This document shows positions 17,878 to 24,885 of a stretch of DNA of 41,270 nt, piece by piece. Source of the stretch: a virus. Taxonomy: Duplodnaviria > Caudoviricetes. The notes beneath the pieces are model-generated. The model had not been told where the DNA came from. It searched no databases and saw only the letters and a list, made by a program, of their open reading frames with translations. The DNA is taken from positions 1 to 41,270 of the IMG/VR virus record IMGVR_UViG_3300035662_000055. One strand, given 5' to 3'. The translations under genes were made by a program, and so were the position numbers. Positions within the stretch are counted from its first letter, which is position 1. Each line of letters begins with the position of its first letter.

Positions 17878-18141
17878 ATGCGCGTCCGACTCGGCGGCAA
17901 GTACTGGACGCTGCGGTTTAGCCCGAACCTGCACGACTACGGGAACATGGTCGATCCCGGCAAGGCCGCTGGGCGCATGCTGCGCGTTGCCACATGGCAG
18001 AGCGAAGAGGAGCGTTTAGATACCACGCTCCACGAGGCGATTCACTGCTGCCGGCCAGAGCTTGACGAGCAGGCCGTGACCGACCTCGCCAACGATCTGT
18101 CGCGCTTGCTGTGGAAGCTCGGGTACAGGCGCGAGCAGTGA
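17878..18141 (+). CDS. Minimal zincin-like metallopeptidase
   Basis: TTLHEAIH (HExxH) with a downstream E; 87 aa. Confidence 0.7.
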   Translation: MRVRLGGKYWTLRFSPNLHDYGNMVDPGKAAGRMLRVATWQSEEERLDTTLHEAIHCCRPELDEQAVTDLANDLSRLLWKLGYRREQ

Positions 18142-18162
18142 TGTTCAAGAAAGTGGAAGTTG

Positions 18163-18187
18163 CGTACACGTTATTGCGACGTGTACG
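18163..18187. terminator. Hairpin between convergent genes
   Basis: CGTACACGT-N7-ACGTGTACG perfect 9-bp stem; no strong U-tract. Confidence 0.45.
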
Positions 18188-18195
18188 TTCGATCA

Positions 18196-18765
18196 CTATT
18201 CCTCCCAGTACACATCCTCGCCACGGCGGTACTTGGCGAGGTCTGCGTCGCGCTTGTGCGACGTGAAGTGCTTGTCGAGGAATCGGCAGTAGTTGTTGGG
18301 GAACAGGATGAACCTGCCGTCCACGCGCTCAATGAGGTTGAGCGGCTTGTGTTCCTGCGGGTAACGACTAAACCCGTCACTCCAGTCGATGACGATCCCG
18401 GTATGCCGGCCGCAGAACCCGCGCTCGGCGCTCGTGCCCATCACATTGATTCCCTCGAGGTACTCAAGGTGAATCGCCTCAACATGGTCGCCCATTGCGC
18501 CCCATGGCTGGAGGTGTGACGGCTCGCAGAACCCCGGCAGCGGGCTGCGCTCAAACGCCTTGGGGTCGTGCGCGAGCTTGTGCAACGGGACGCCGCACCA
18601 TTCTGCGCCCGTCTCGAGCAGGACGTGCGCCATCACGATCTGGCCGGGGCGGGCGTAGACGGCGTGCCAAATGCCGCGTGTTGTGCCGGCGGGCATCGTC
18701 GGCCCGAGCGCGGTGTTGCACACATGCACATACAGGTGAAACGGGAGATTCGCGTGGCGAGGCAT
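18196..18765 (-). CDS. Hypothetical phage protein
   Basis: ATG at 18765 (MPRHANLP) with GGAG SD; P.EHK and PNN motifs. Confidence 0.7.
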   Translation of the reverse strand: MPRHANLPFHLYVHVCNTALGPTMPAGTTRGIWHAVYARPGQIVMAHVLLETGAEWCGVPLHKLAHDPKAFERSPLPGFCEPSHLQPWGAMGDHVEAIHLEYLEGINVMGTSAERGFCGRHTGIVIDWSDGFSRYPQEHKPLNLIERVDGRFILFPNNYCRFLDKHFTSHKRDADLAKYRRGEDVYWEE

Positions 18766-18769
18766 ATGG

Positions 18770-19564
18770 TTACTCCGTGCAATCACATGGAATGGTTGTA
18801 TCGTCTTTGTCGCCGAAGAGCTCGCCTTGCACAGTAATCTGTGTGAGCAACTGCGCGTAGGTTGGGCGGTCCTTTCGGAACCTCGCGTCGCGTAGGCGTT
18901 CCTGCTCCACCCACCATGCAGCGCGTTCTGGCTCGGCGCGGATGACGCGCTCAACTCGAGCTGCGCCCTTGAGGAAACACAAGTCGCAGTTTCCGAACGC
19001 AGGGTCATCGTTAGGCAGACGTAGGTCGAATGGCTGCTCGCGCCAGAATGCGCGAACATCGTCGGCCGTGACTCCAGCGTCGGCTAATGGCATGGCGATG
19101 TCGCGGGTTGGGTCCGACCGGAGGCGGGCAACGCGGCGCGGCTCGTCGGCGCGAAGCCCGATGATGGAGGTAAAGTCTTCCTTCCCCAGCGAGGCCATGT
19201 ACTTCCGCATAGGGATCACCTTTAGATCGGATGTACAGAACCGCGTAATGGGATTAGGTAGGTACTTGCGCTTGGCAATCAGTTCCGCAAACGGCTTCCC
19301 ATCTCGACTGGCCGTGTCGGCCGTCACGACGGCAAACCCACCCGGTCGATACTCCAACCACGTGACGTGGCACCAATGCCGCTCGACGTCTTCCAAGAAT
19401 TCATATGTGGCGGCATGTTCCCGGCCCGTGTTGGCGAACACCACGTGGCCATCGGCAGGCATCGTTCCGCCCCAGGAGTCAAGCACGCGCTGAAGCATCA
19501 TCCCGCTTGTGCGCCCGCCGCTGAAGGACAGCAAGAAGGGTGGCTGAATACGGAAGGAATTCAT
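18770..19564 (-). CDS. PAPS-reductase-like PP-loop protein with Cys clusters
   Basis: SFSGGRTSG, FANTGRE, RFCTSDLK, GLRADE, GNCDLCF, C-terminal CDC; ATG at 19564 is 7 nt after TACCAT. Confidence 0.85.
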   Translation of the reverse strand: MNSFRIQPPFLLSFSGGRTSGMMLQRVLDSWGGTMPADGHVVFANTGREHAATYEFLEDVERHWCHVTWLEYRPGGFAVVTADTASRDGKPFAELIAKRKYLPNPITRFCTSDLKVIPMRKYMASLGKEDFTSIIGLRADEPRRVARLRSDPTRDIAMPLADAGVTADDVRAFWREQPFDLRLPNDDPAFGNCDLCFLKGAARVERVIRAEPERAAWWVEQERLRDARFRKDRPTYAQLLTQITVQGELFGDKDDTTIPCDCTE

Positions 19565-19587
19565 ATTCACGATGGTATACTGCAAGT

Positions 19588-19820
19588 GCGGAGATGCGGG
19601 AGTGCGGGAGTCGGAGCCCTATGACCCGCAAGGGGATCGCCAGAAGGCCGCGAGGTACGACGCGATCCAGCGCAACCTTTGGGGTAATGACAACCTGCCG
19701 CCGAGGGACAGACCAGGCGAAGTCCGGGTGCTGTCTCATGTGACGAAACCTCGGTCGCCGGAGCGGAAGTGCTACAGATCCGCACATCTGTATGCGTTTC
19801 GGTGAACGCATACAACTTTT
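19588..19820 (+). ncRNA. Candidate structured small RNA A
   Basis: Extended -10 TGgTATACT (19573-19581); GNRA-capped hairpins CCC-GCAA-GGG and GCC-GCGA-GGT; nested stems CCGAGG/CCTCGG and GACAG/CTGTC; 10-bp terminal hairpin 19789-19814 followed by ACTTTT. Confidence 0.5.
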
Positions 19821-19842
19821 GGGGGCGGATGGAGCTGCGGTA

Positions 19843-19961
19843 AGAACAAACGCGGCCCGGGACTTGCGTCAACCAGGCCGCGCTTCCGGGGGCTAATTTG
19901 TCGGGTCGCGCCGCGCTTGGCGGCTCCAACCGCCTCGCCTCGTCAGAGAGGCACGCCCGAC
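19843..19961 (-). ncRNA. Candidate structured small RNA B
   Basis: Minus-strand -10 TACCAT (19968-19973) predicts a start near 19961, where a closing stem GTCGGG/CCCGAC enclosing two 5-bp hairpins begins; ends in a GCAA-capped hairpin followed by TTTGTTCTT. Confidence 0.5.
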
Positions 19962-20078
19962 GAGAACATGGTATACTGCCGGCAGAGCGGCTGCAACTGC
20001 TCGACAACTCAAGGCCGACGGTGGGGCGGGTCAGTGTGCAGCCGCTCCCCGCCCCACCCCGGTCGTTTCGAGGCGCTT

Positions 20079-20555
20079 ATGGCGACGAATTACCCGTGGT
20101 TCCCGTTCTATGCGGCCGACTGGACGCTGTCCGTGGTCGGGATGAATGCCACCCAGCGCGGGATTTACATCTCGCTCCTCGCCTACCAGTGGGCGAACGG
20201 ATATGCACCCGCTATGCGCGAGCAATGCGCTCGCATTGCGGGCGCACACCCGATGCAGGACGAAGATTGGGATGCGGTGCGCGTCAAGTTTGCCGTCGAT
20301 GGCGACCGAATGCGGAACCTTCGGCTCGAAGAATGCCGGGGTGTGTGTAAGTCACGCTCTGACAACGCGAAGCGAGCGGCGGCCGCTTCATGGGAGAAGC
20401 GAGCGCATAGCGACCGCAATGCGACCGCAATGCAGTCGCAAAGCGACGGCAATGCTAGTCAGAGTCATAGTCATAGTCACATATCTCAATCCCCCCCTAC
20501 CCCCCCTTCGAGGAAGGGGGGGAGGAGGAGAGGGAATGATTCACTCCCGTTCTAG
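20079..20555 (+). CDS. Replication initiator, DUF1376/YdaU (lambda O-like)
   Basis: WFPFYAADW....M...RGIYISLL..QW and N.RL motifs; GAGG SD; internal tandem repeats. Confidence 0.8.
   Translation: MATNYPWFPFYAADWTLSVVGMNATQRGIYISLLAYQWANGYAPAMREQCARIAGAHPMQDEDWDAVRVKFAVDGDRMRNLRLEECRGVCKSRSDNAKRAAAASWEKRAHSDRNATAMQSQSDGNASQSHSHSHISQSPPTPPSRKGGRRRGNDSLPF
20399..20453 (+). repeat. Five degenerate 11-bp tandem repeats (putative origin iterons)
   Basis: GCGAGCGCATA GCGACCGCAAT GCGACCGCAAT GCAGTCGCAAA GCGACGGCAAT inside the initiator gene, followed by AGTCA-type hexamer repeats. Confidence 0.75.
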
Positions 20556-20566
20556 GAGAACCCACC

Positions 20567-21037
20567 ATGCCTGACCACGAAGCGTTCCTTGAAACCAAGA
20601 AGCTCATGCACCGACTCTGGCCGAAGTGGAAAGCCGACGATGAGCTGGCGTCGCTTCTCAACAGCCGATGGCTGCACCTCGACCAAGACAAACTCCGCGA
20701 GTGCATCCGATCCCACCGATTCGACCGCAACACCATCCCCGACGTGACCGCGATCCACAAGGCGTACTGCCGCATCACCGGCGGGAACTACGCGGATGTT
20801 CCGACCCCGCAACCGCGCCGCTATGCGCTCGAGCAGGGACCGACCGAACAGGAGGTCGCAGACTGGCAGGAGTGGGCCGATGAACTGCTGGCGACGGCGA
20901 CGGCGACAGAACTGGCACACTGCCGCGAGCGGCTTGGCCTGCTGTCACTCCAAACCGACACGCCAGGGCAGCGCCGCGTCACCGCCATTGCCATTGAGTA
21001 TTGCCGCAAGAATCCTGCGACGCCACAGACGGCCTAG
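20567..21037 (+). CDS. Protein downstream of initiator (helicase loader-like candidate)
   Basis: AGGAG SD; occupies the lambda P position; function is positional inference. Confidence 0.6.
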   Translation: MPDHEAFLETKKLMHRLWPKWKADDELASLLNSRWLHLDQDKLRECIRSHRFDRNTIPDVTAIHKAYCRITGGNYADVPTPQPRRYALEQGPTEQEVADWQEWADELLATATATELAHCRERLGLLSLQTDTPGQRRVTAIAIEYCRKNPATPQTA

Positions 21038-21155
21038 GTTGCGCCAGGCCGCATTCGGCCAGCCTAGACGGCCAGAAGGGCATTGCCCGCCCCCTGCGCC
21101 GCAGGGGCAATCCTGTGGTCGCAAAATAATTCTGAGAAATATCTGCTTCACCCAC

Positions 21156-21183
21156 TTGACAACTATACGATGAAGTATAAGAT
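21156..21183 (+). promoter_or_regulatory. Sigma70-type promoter TTGACA-N16-TAAGAT with TATAC-N6-GTATA palindrome in the spacer
   Basis: Perfect -35, AT-rich upstream tract, perfect inverted repeat at 21164-21179. Confidence 0.75.
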
Positions 21184-21238
21184 TCACCGTGTCGCAGGAA
21201 CGCACGTTGCGGAAGCGCGACACAACAAGGAGACAGCC

Positions 21239-21349
21239 ATGCTCGCCACCATCGCCCTCTGCACCGTCTTCGCCACCCTCGCCCTGTGCCTGACCGCGTT
21301 TGCCGTCCACGCCGCCGCTTACATCATCACCAACTTCCGCAACGCCTGA
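21239..21349 (+). CDS. 36-aa hydrophobic membrane peptide
   Basis: AAGGAG SD; MLATIALCTVFATLALCLTAFAVHAAAYIITNFRNA. Confidence 0.65.
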   Translation: MLATIALCTVFATLALCLTAFAVHAAAYIITNFRNA

Positions 21350-21426
21350 CCAGCACTCCAACTCATCAACCATGCGCGTCCGTAAGAACCCGCAGAGAAC
21401 GTAGCACGGCAAGGTAAACTGCCGCC

Positions 21427-21705
21427 ATGCGACGGCGGCGACACCCCATCCTCCTCGCCAACATGGATGACTGCCTCCTCGGCGTCATGTACCCCAAGGC
21501 CACCGACCGAGCAGGAATACCCGTCGCCGTATACTCGGCAGACATGATCGCGGCCCGCCTGCGCGACCAGCACGACATGTCCATCGGCGAAGCACGCACC
21601 TTCGTCACCGACAACATCGAAACCAACGAACTCGGACCCGGCACCCCGCGCCTGATCTGGGCCGCAACGAGCGAAGATTTCGGCGAGCCCGTGTGCAAAG
21701 CCTGA
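21427..21705 (+). CDS. Hypothetical protein
   Basis: 92 aa; DD.LLG..VAVYS..NI....G..TP pattern; typical codon usage. Confidence 0.7.
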   Translation: MRRRRHPILLANMDDCLLGVMYPKATDRAGIPVAVYSADMIAARLRDQHDMSIGEARTFVTDNIETNELGPGTPRLIWAATSEDFGEPVCKA

Positions 21706-21718
21706 TATACTGCGGGCA

Positions 21719-21964
21719 ATGGATATCCATTCGTATGACGATTTCAAGGCGGCCGTCACCACGGCCGTGGTGTCGCAGGGACGCACCCGTAGCCAGGTCG
21801 CACGCGACCTCGAACAGCAAGGCAGACTCCGCGCACATACCGTGATGTGCCTGCTGTCCACCGCGCCCGTCATCGGGAAGCGAACCGCCACCTTCGACTC
21901 CGCCATCACACTCGCCGATGCCGCAGGACTCCGCATCACCCTCACCCCGAAGGAATCCGCCTAA
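21719..21964 (+). CDS. XRE/Cro-like HTH protein, apparently leaderless
   Basis: TRSQVARDL..ATFDSAITLADAAGLRITL; TATACT at 21706-21711, 7 nt before the ATG. Confidence 0.65.
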   Translation: MDIHSYDDFKAAVTTAVVSQGRTRSQVARDLEQQGRLRAHTVMCLLSTAPVIGKRTATFDSAITLADAAGLRITLTPKESA

Positions 21965-22110
21965 TGCCCAGCAAGTCACCTGCCCAGCGACGGCTCATGG
22001 CAGCCGCTGCCCACAGTCGCAGCTTCGCCAAGAAGGTCGGCGTCCCCATGTCCGTCGCCAAGAAGTTCAACCGCGCAGACGTGAAGGCAAAGGGCAAGAA
22101 GCGCAAGTGA
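21964..22110 (+). CDS. 48-aa basic protein
   Basis: TAATG overlap; MPSKSPAQRRLMAAAAHSRSFAKKVGVP... Confidence 0.7.
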   Translation: MPSKSPAQRRLMAAAAHSRSFAKKVGVPMSVAKKFNRADVKAKGKKRK

Positions 22111-22376
22111 CCAAACTCGCGGCCTACGGTGAGAACGGCCGCCGCGTCGGCGAAACACACCACAATGCCACGATCCCCGACGAAGTCATCCAAGAGATCC
22201 GAGAGCTCCACGAAGAGCACCGATGGGGCTATCGTCGCATCGCCAAAGCCCTCGGACTCCGCTGGACCACCGTCAGCAAGATCTGCCGCTACCAGCGCCG
22301 CGCCTCTCTCCCCGCCGACTGGAAACGCCCTCGTCAAGCGAAAGATAGGCCGGCCAGCCCTGACCAAGGCACCTGA
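22107..22376 (+). CDS. HTH DNA-binding protein upstream of terminase
   Basis: GTGA overlap; GE.H.NA....V..IR.L....GYRRIAKALGL..TTVSKIC. Confidence 0.7.
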   Translation: MTKLAAYGENGRRVGETHHNATIPDEVIQEIRELHEEHRWGYRRIAKALGLRWTTVSKICRYQRRASLPADWKRPRQAKDRPASPDQGT

Positions 22377-22740
22377 ACCATTTGCCAGCGAAGTACTTGC
22401 GTGGATCTCCCAAGGCAAGACCTTGCTCGCGTATTGCGAACAGAAGGGCAAGCCAGCAAGGCAAACGATCACCGGGTGGTTTGACCTTGATCCAGAGTTT
22501 TTCAGTCACTACAAGGCCGCACGCGAGACAGGCTTCGAGGCCATGTTTGAGCAGTGCGGGGAGATCGCAGATATCGAGCCGGAAACGCCCGTCCAGGCCG
22601 CGTGGCGTCGATACCAGATCGACACCAAGCTCAAGATCCTCCGCATGGCAAACCCGGCCAAGTATGGCGAGAAGGTCGCCGTAGACCACGGCGGCGGAAT
22701 CACCCTCAACGTCATCACCGGCGTCCCGGATGGCGAATAA
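22165..22740 (+). CDS. terS: Terminase small subunit (start uncertain)
   Basis: GRP..I..G.TL...C...P...TI..W...EF...Y..AR..ID..K......P.KYG.K pattern (Sf6-type); directly upstream of TerL. Confidence 0.8.
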   Translation: MPRSPTKSSKRSESSTKSTDGAIVASPKPSDSAGPPSARSAATSAAPLSPPTGNALVKRKIGRPALTKAPEPFASEVLAWISQGKTLLAYCEQKGKPARQTITGWFDLDPEFFSHYKAARETGFEAMFEQCGEIADIEPETPVQAAWRRYQIDTKLKILRMANPAKYGEKVAVDHGGGITLNVITGVPDGE

Positions 22741-24076
22741 GACCATCCGCCTCGGATACGAGCCTCGGGACTGGCAGCGGCGGTGCCACCTCGAGCGCCG
22801 GCGGTTCACCGTCCTCGCCCTGCACCGACGCGCCGGCAAGACCGAACTCGCCCTCATGGAACTCCTCCACCGGGCGGTGAAGTGCCAGTCGGATCTCGGG
22901 TTCTTCGTGTACGTGGCCCCGTTCTTAAAGCAAGCCAAGGCCATCGCTTGGGCGCGACTGAAGCAGAAGATCGACCCATTCATCCGCACCGGGTCCGTGG
23001 ACGTGAACGAGGCCGACCTCGCCGTCACGTTCAAGTCGAACAAGGCCACGATCCGACTGTTCGGCGGCGACAACCCGGACGCCCTCCGTGGCGTGCGCCT
23101 CGACGGCTGCGTCATCGACGAGGTCGCGCAGATCAAGCCCGAGGTATGGGAGGCCATCATCCAGCCCGCCCTGTCCGACCGCCGCGGATGGGCGCTGTTC
23201 ATCGGCACCCCCGCCGGGATCAACCTGTTCAGCGAGCTCTACTACCGCGCCGCAAGCGGCTCCCTCGAGGACTGGTATGCGGCGAAGTACACGGTCTACG
23301 ACACCGATGCGCTCGCGCCCGACGAGGTCAAGCGCCTCGAGCGCGACATGCCCGAGGCTGCGTTCGCACGCGAATACCTGTGCGACTTCAGCGCAGCTGG
23401 CGACGATCAGCTCATTGCGCTCGCCGACGCAGAGAACGCCGCGCAGCGCCAGTACCAGGACGGCGACATCATCGACCAGCCGCTCATCGTCGGCGTGGAC
23501 CCGGCACGGTTCGGGGATGACCGCAGCGTGATCGTCCTGCGCCAGGGGCTCCGCATGGAGCCGCCCATCGTCCACCACGGCATCGACAACATGGCGCTCG
23601 CCGCAGCCATCGCCAACGTCATCGAGGACCGCGACCCGGACGCTGTGTTCATCGACGCCGGGGCAGGCGCTGGCGTCATCGACCGCCTGCGGCAGCTCGG
23701 CTACGACGTAACCGAGGTCGCGTTCGGCGGCAAGGCGACCTACGCCAACCTGTTCGTCAACAAGCGCACCGAGATGTGGTGGGCCATACGCGAGTGGATA
23801 CAGGCGGGCGGCTCAATCCCCAACGACATCACGCTGAAGCAGGAAATCAGCACGCCGATCTACTGGTACGACGCCGCCGGCAAGCGCGTGCTCGAGTCGA
23901 AGGACGAGATCAAGAAGCGGCTCCAGGGCGGCGGCAGCCCGGACATGGCCGACGCGCTCTGCCTCACGTTCGCCTACCCGGTCGCCAAGATGCTGCCGCG
24001 TGAGGTGCGCGAGAAGATCGACACGCGACCGACCGACTACGACCCGTACGAAGAGATCAGTACCCGTAACCGCTAG
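22730..24076 (+). CDS. terL: Terminase large subunit
   Basis: Walker A HRRAGKT, Walker B CVIDE, GTP coupling motif, nuclease GVDPARFGDD and SPDMADA. Confidence 0.95.
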   Translation: MANKTIRLGYEPRDWQRRCHLERRRFTVLALHRRAGKTELALMELLHRAVKCQSDLGFFVYVAPFLKQAKAIAWARLKQKIDPFIRTGSVDVNEADLAVTFKSNKATIRLFGGDNPDALRGVRLDGCVIDEVAQIKPEVWEAIIQPALSDRRGWALFIGTPAGINLFSELYYRAASGSLEDWYAAKYTVYDTDALAPDEVKRLERDMPEAAFAREYLCDFSAAGDDQLIALADAENAAQRQYQDGDIIDQPLIVGVDPARFGDDRSVIVLRQGLRMEPPIVHHGIDNMALAAAIANVIEDRDPDAVFIDAGAGAGVIDRLRQLGYDVTEVAFGGKATYANLFVNKRTEMWWAIREWIQAGGSIPNDITLKQEISTPIYWYDAAGKRVLESKDEIKKRLQGGGSPDMADALCLTFAYPVAKMLPREVREKIDTRPTDYDPYEEISTRNR

Positions 24077-24091
24077 ACGGAGGTCTACAGT
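24060..24091 (+). promoter_or_regulatory. Putative late promoter GTACCCGTA-N17-TACAGT
   Basis: Second copy of the motif, at the end of terL. Confidence 0.7.
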
Positions 24092-24092
24092 C

Positions 24093-24539
24093 ATGGTCAG
24101 GCAGGCAACCGAGCAGGACATCGACCAATTGACCGCAATGGCCCGCGATTTCATCGGCTACAGCGCGTACGGCACGATGATCGAGCCGTCCGACGATGAC
24201 ATTCGCACGGGCATTTCGGCCATCGTCCGCTCCGGCGGCATGTTCGTCGCGGAGGTCGAAGGCAAGGTGGTCGGGGCCATCGCGGGCGCAATCGCGCCCA
24301 TGTGGTTTGCGCCGAGCATCCCGTGCGCCATTGAACTGGCGTGGTGGGTGGACCCAGCGCACCGCATGACGCGCATCCCTTTCCGCCTCATGGCGGCGCT
24401 CGAGGGCTGGGCCAAGGACGCAGGCGCAAGGTTCCTGTGCATGAGCGAGCTCGTCGTGGACGGCGAGACGCCCATCGCCAAGATGCTTGCCCGCATGGGT
24501 TACGTCAACACCGAACGTTCGCACGTCAAGGAGATATGA
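24093..24539 (+). CDS. GNAT-family acetyltransferase-like protein
   Basis: ATG at 24093 with GGAGG SD; VRQAT..D, FVAEVEGKVVG, WWVDPAHR, RMGY. Confidence 0.8.
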   Translation: MVRQATEQDIDQLTAMARDFIGYSAYGTMIEPSDDDIRTGISAIVRSGGMFVAEVEGKVVGAIAGAIAPMWFAPSIPCAIELAWWVDPAHRMTRIPFRLMAALEGWAKDAGARFLCMSELVVDGETPIAKMLARMGYVNTERSHVKEI

Positions 24540-24540
24540 C

Positions 24541-24885
24541 ATGGCAGCGATTTCGTCCATCCTCGCAGGCATCGCAGCGGGCGCAGCAGCCGCCGGAACC
24601 GGGTACGCCATCGTCGCCGGCGAGCGTGGCGCGTCCATGCAGCAGCAGGCGATGGGCCAGCAGAAGCAGGCGCAGGACGCCGCAGCCGCCCAGGCTCGCA
24701 GCCAGCAGCGCCGCAGCCAGCAGGCAATGGCCGCCGCCAACCGCGCCGAGCCCGCCGTCGCCGACATCATGGGACGTGCCGCCGCCGAGATGGGTGGCGG
24801 TCCCTCGAGCACCATGCTCACCGGGCCGATGGGCGTGAACCCGCAGGAACTTCAGCTCGGCCGCACCTCTCTCCTCGGGGGCTAA
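24541..24885 (+). CDS. Small Ala/Gln-rich virion protein upstream of portal
   Basis: AAGGAG SD; ends TMLTG..G.......TSLLGG, typical of the pre-portal gene in this phage type. Confidence 0.75.
   Translation: MAAISSILAGIAAGAAAAGTGYAIVAGERGASMQQQAMGQQKQAQDAAAAQARSQQRRSQQAMAAANRAEPAVADIMGRAAAEMGGGPSSTMLTGPMGVNPQELQLGRTSLLGG

Noticed and set aside
18163-19814. Related hairpins (CGTACACGT.. and TGTATGCGTT..) as recombination sites flanking the leftward block
   Set aside because: Similarity is short, each is adequately explained as a terminator-type hairpin, and no recombinase is present.
19700-19870. RNase P RNA or hammerhead ribozyme (GAAGTCCGGG, GACGAAAC)
   Set aside because: The GAGGAAAGUCC and ACAGAA.CCGGCUUA consensus segments and the CUGANGA core are not matched; kept only as an unclassified structured RNA.
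20399-20481. CRISPR array
   Set aside because: Short contiguous 11-bp and 6-bp repeats without spacers, inside a gene; no cas genes.
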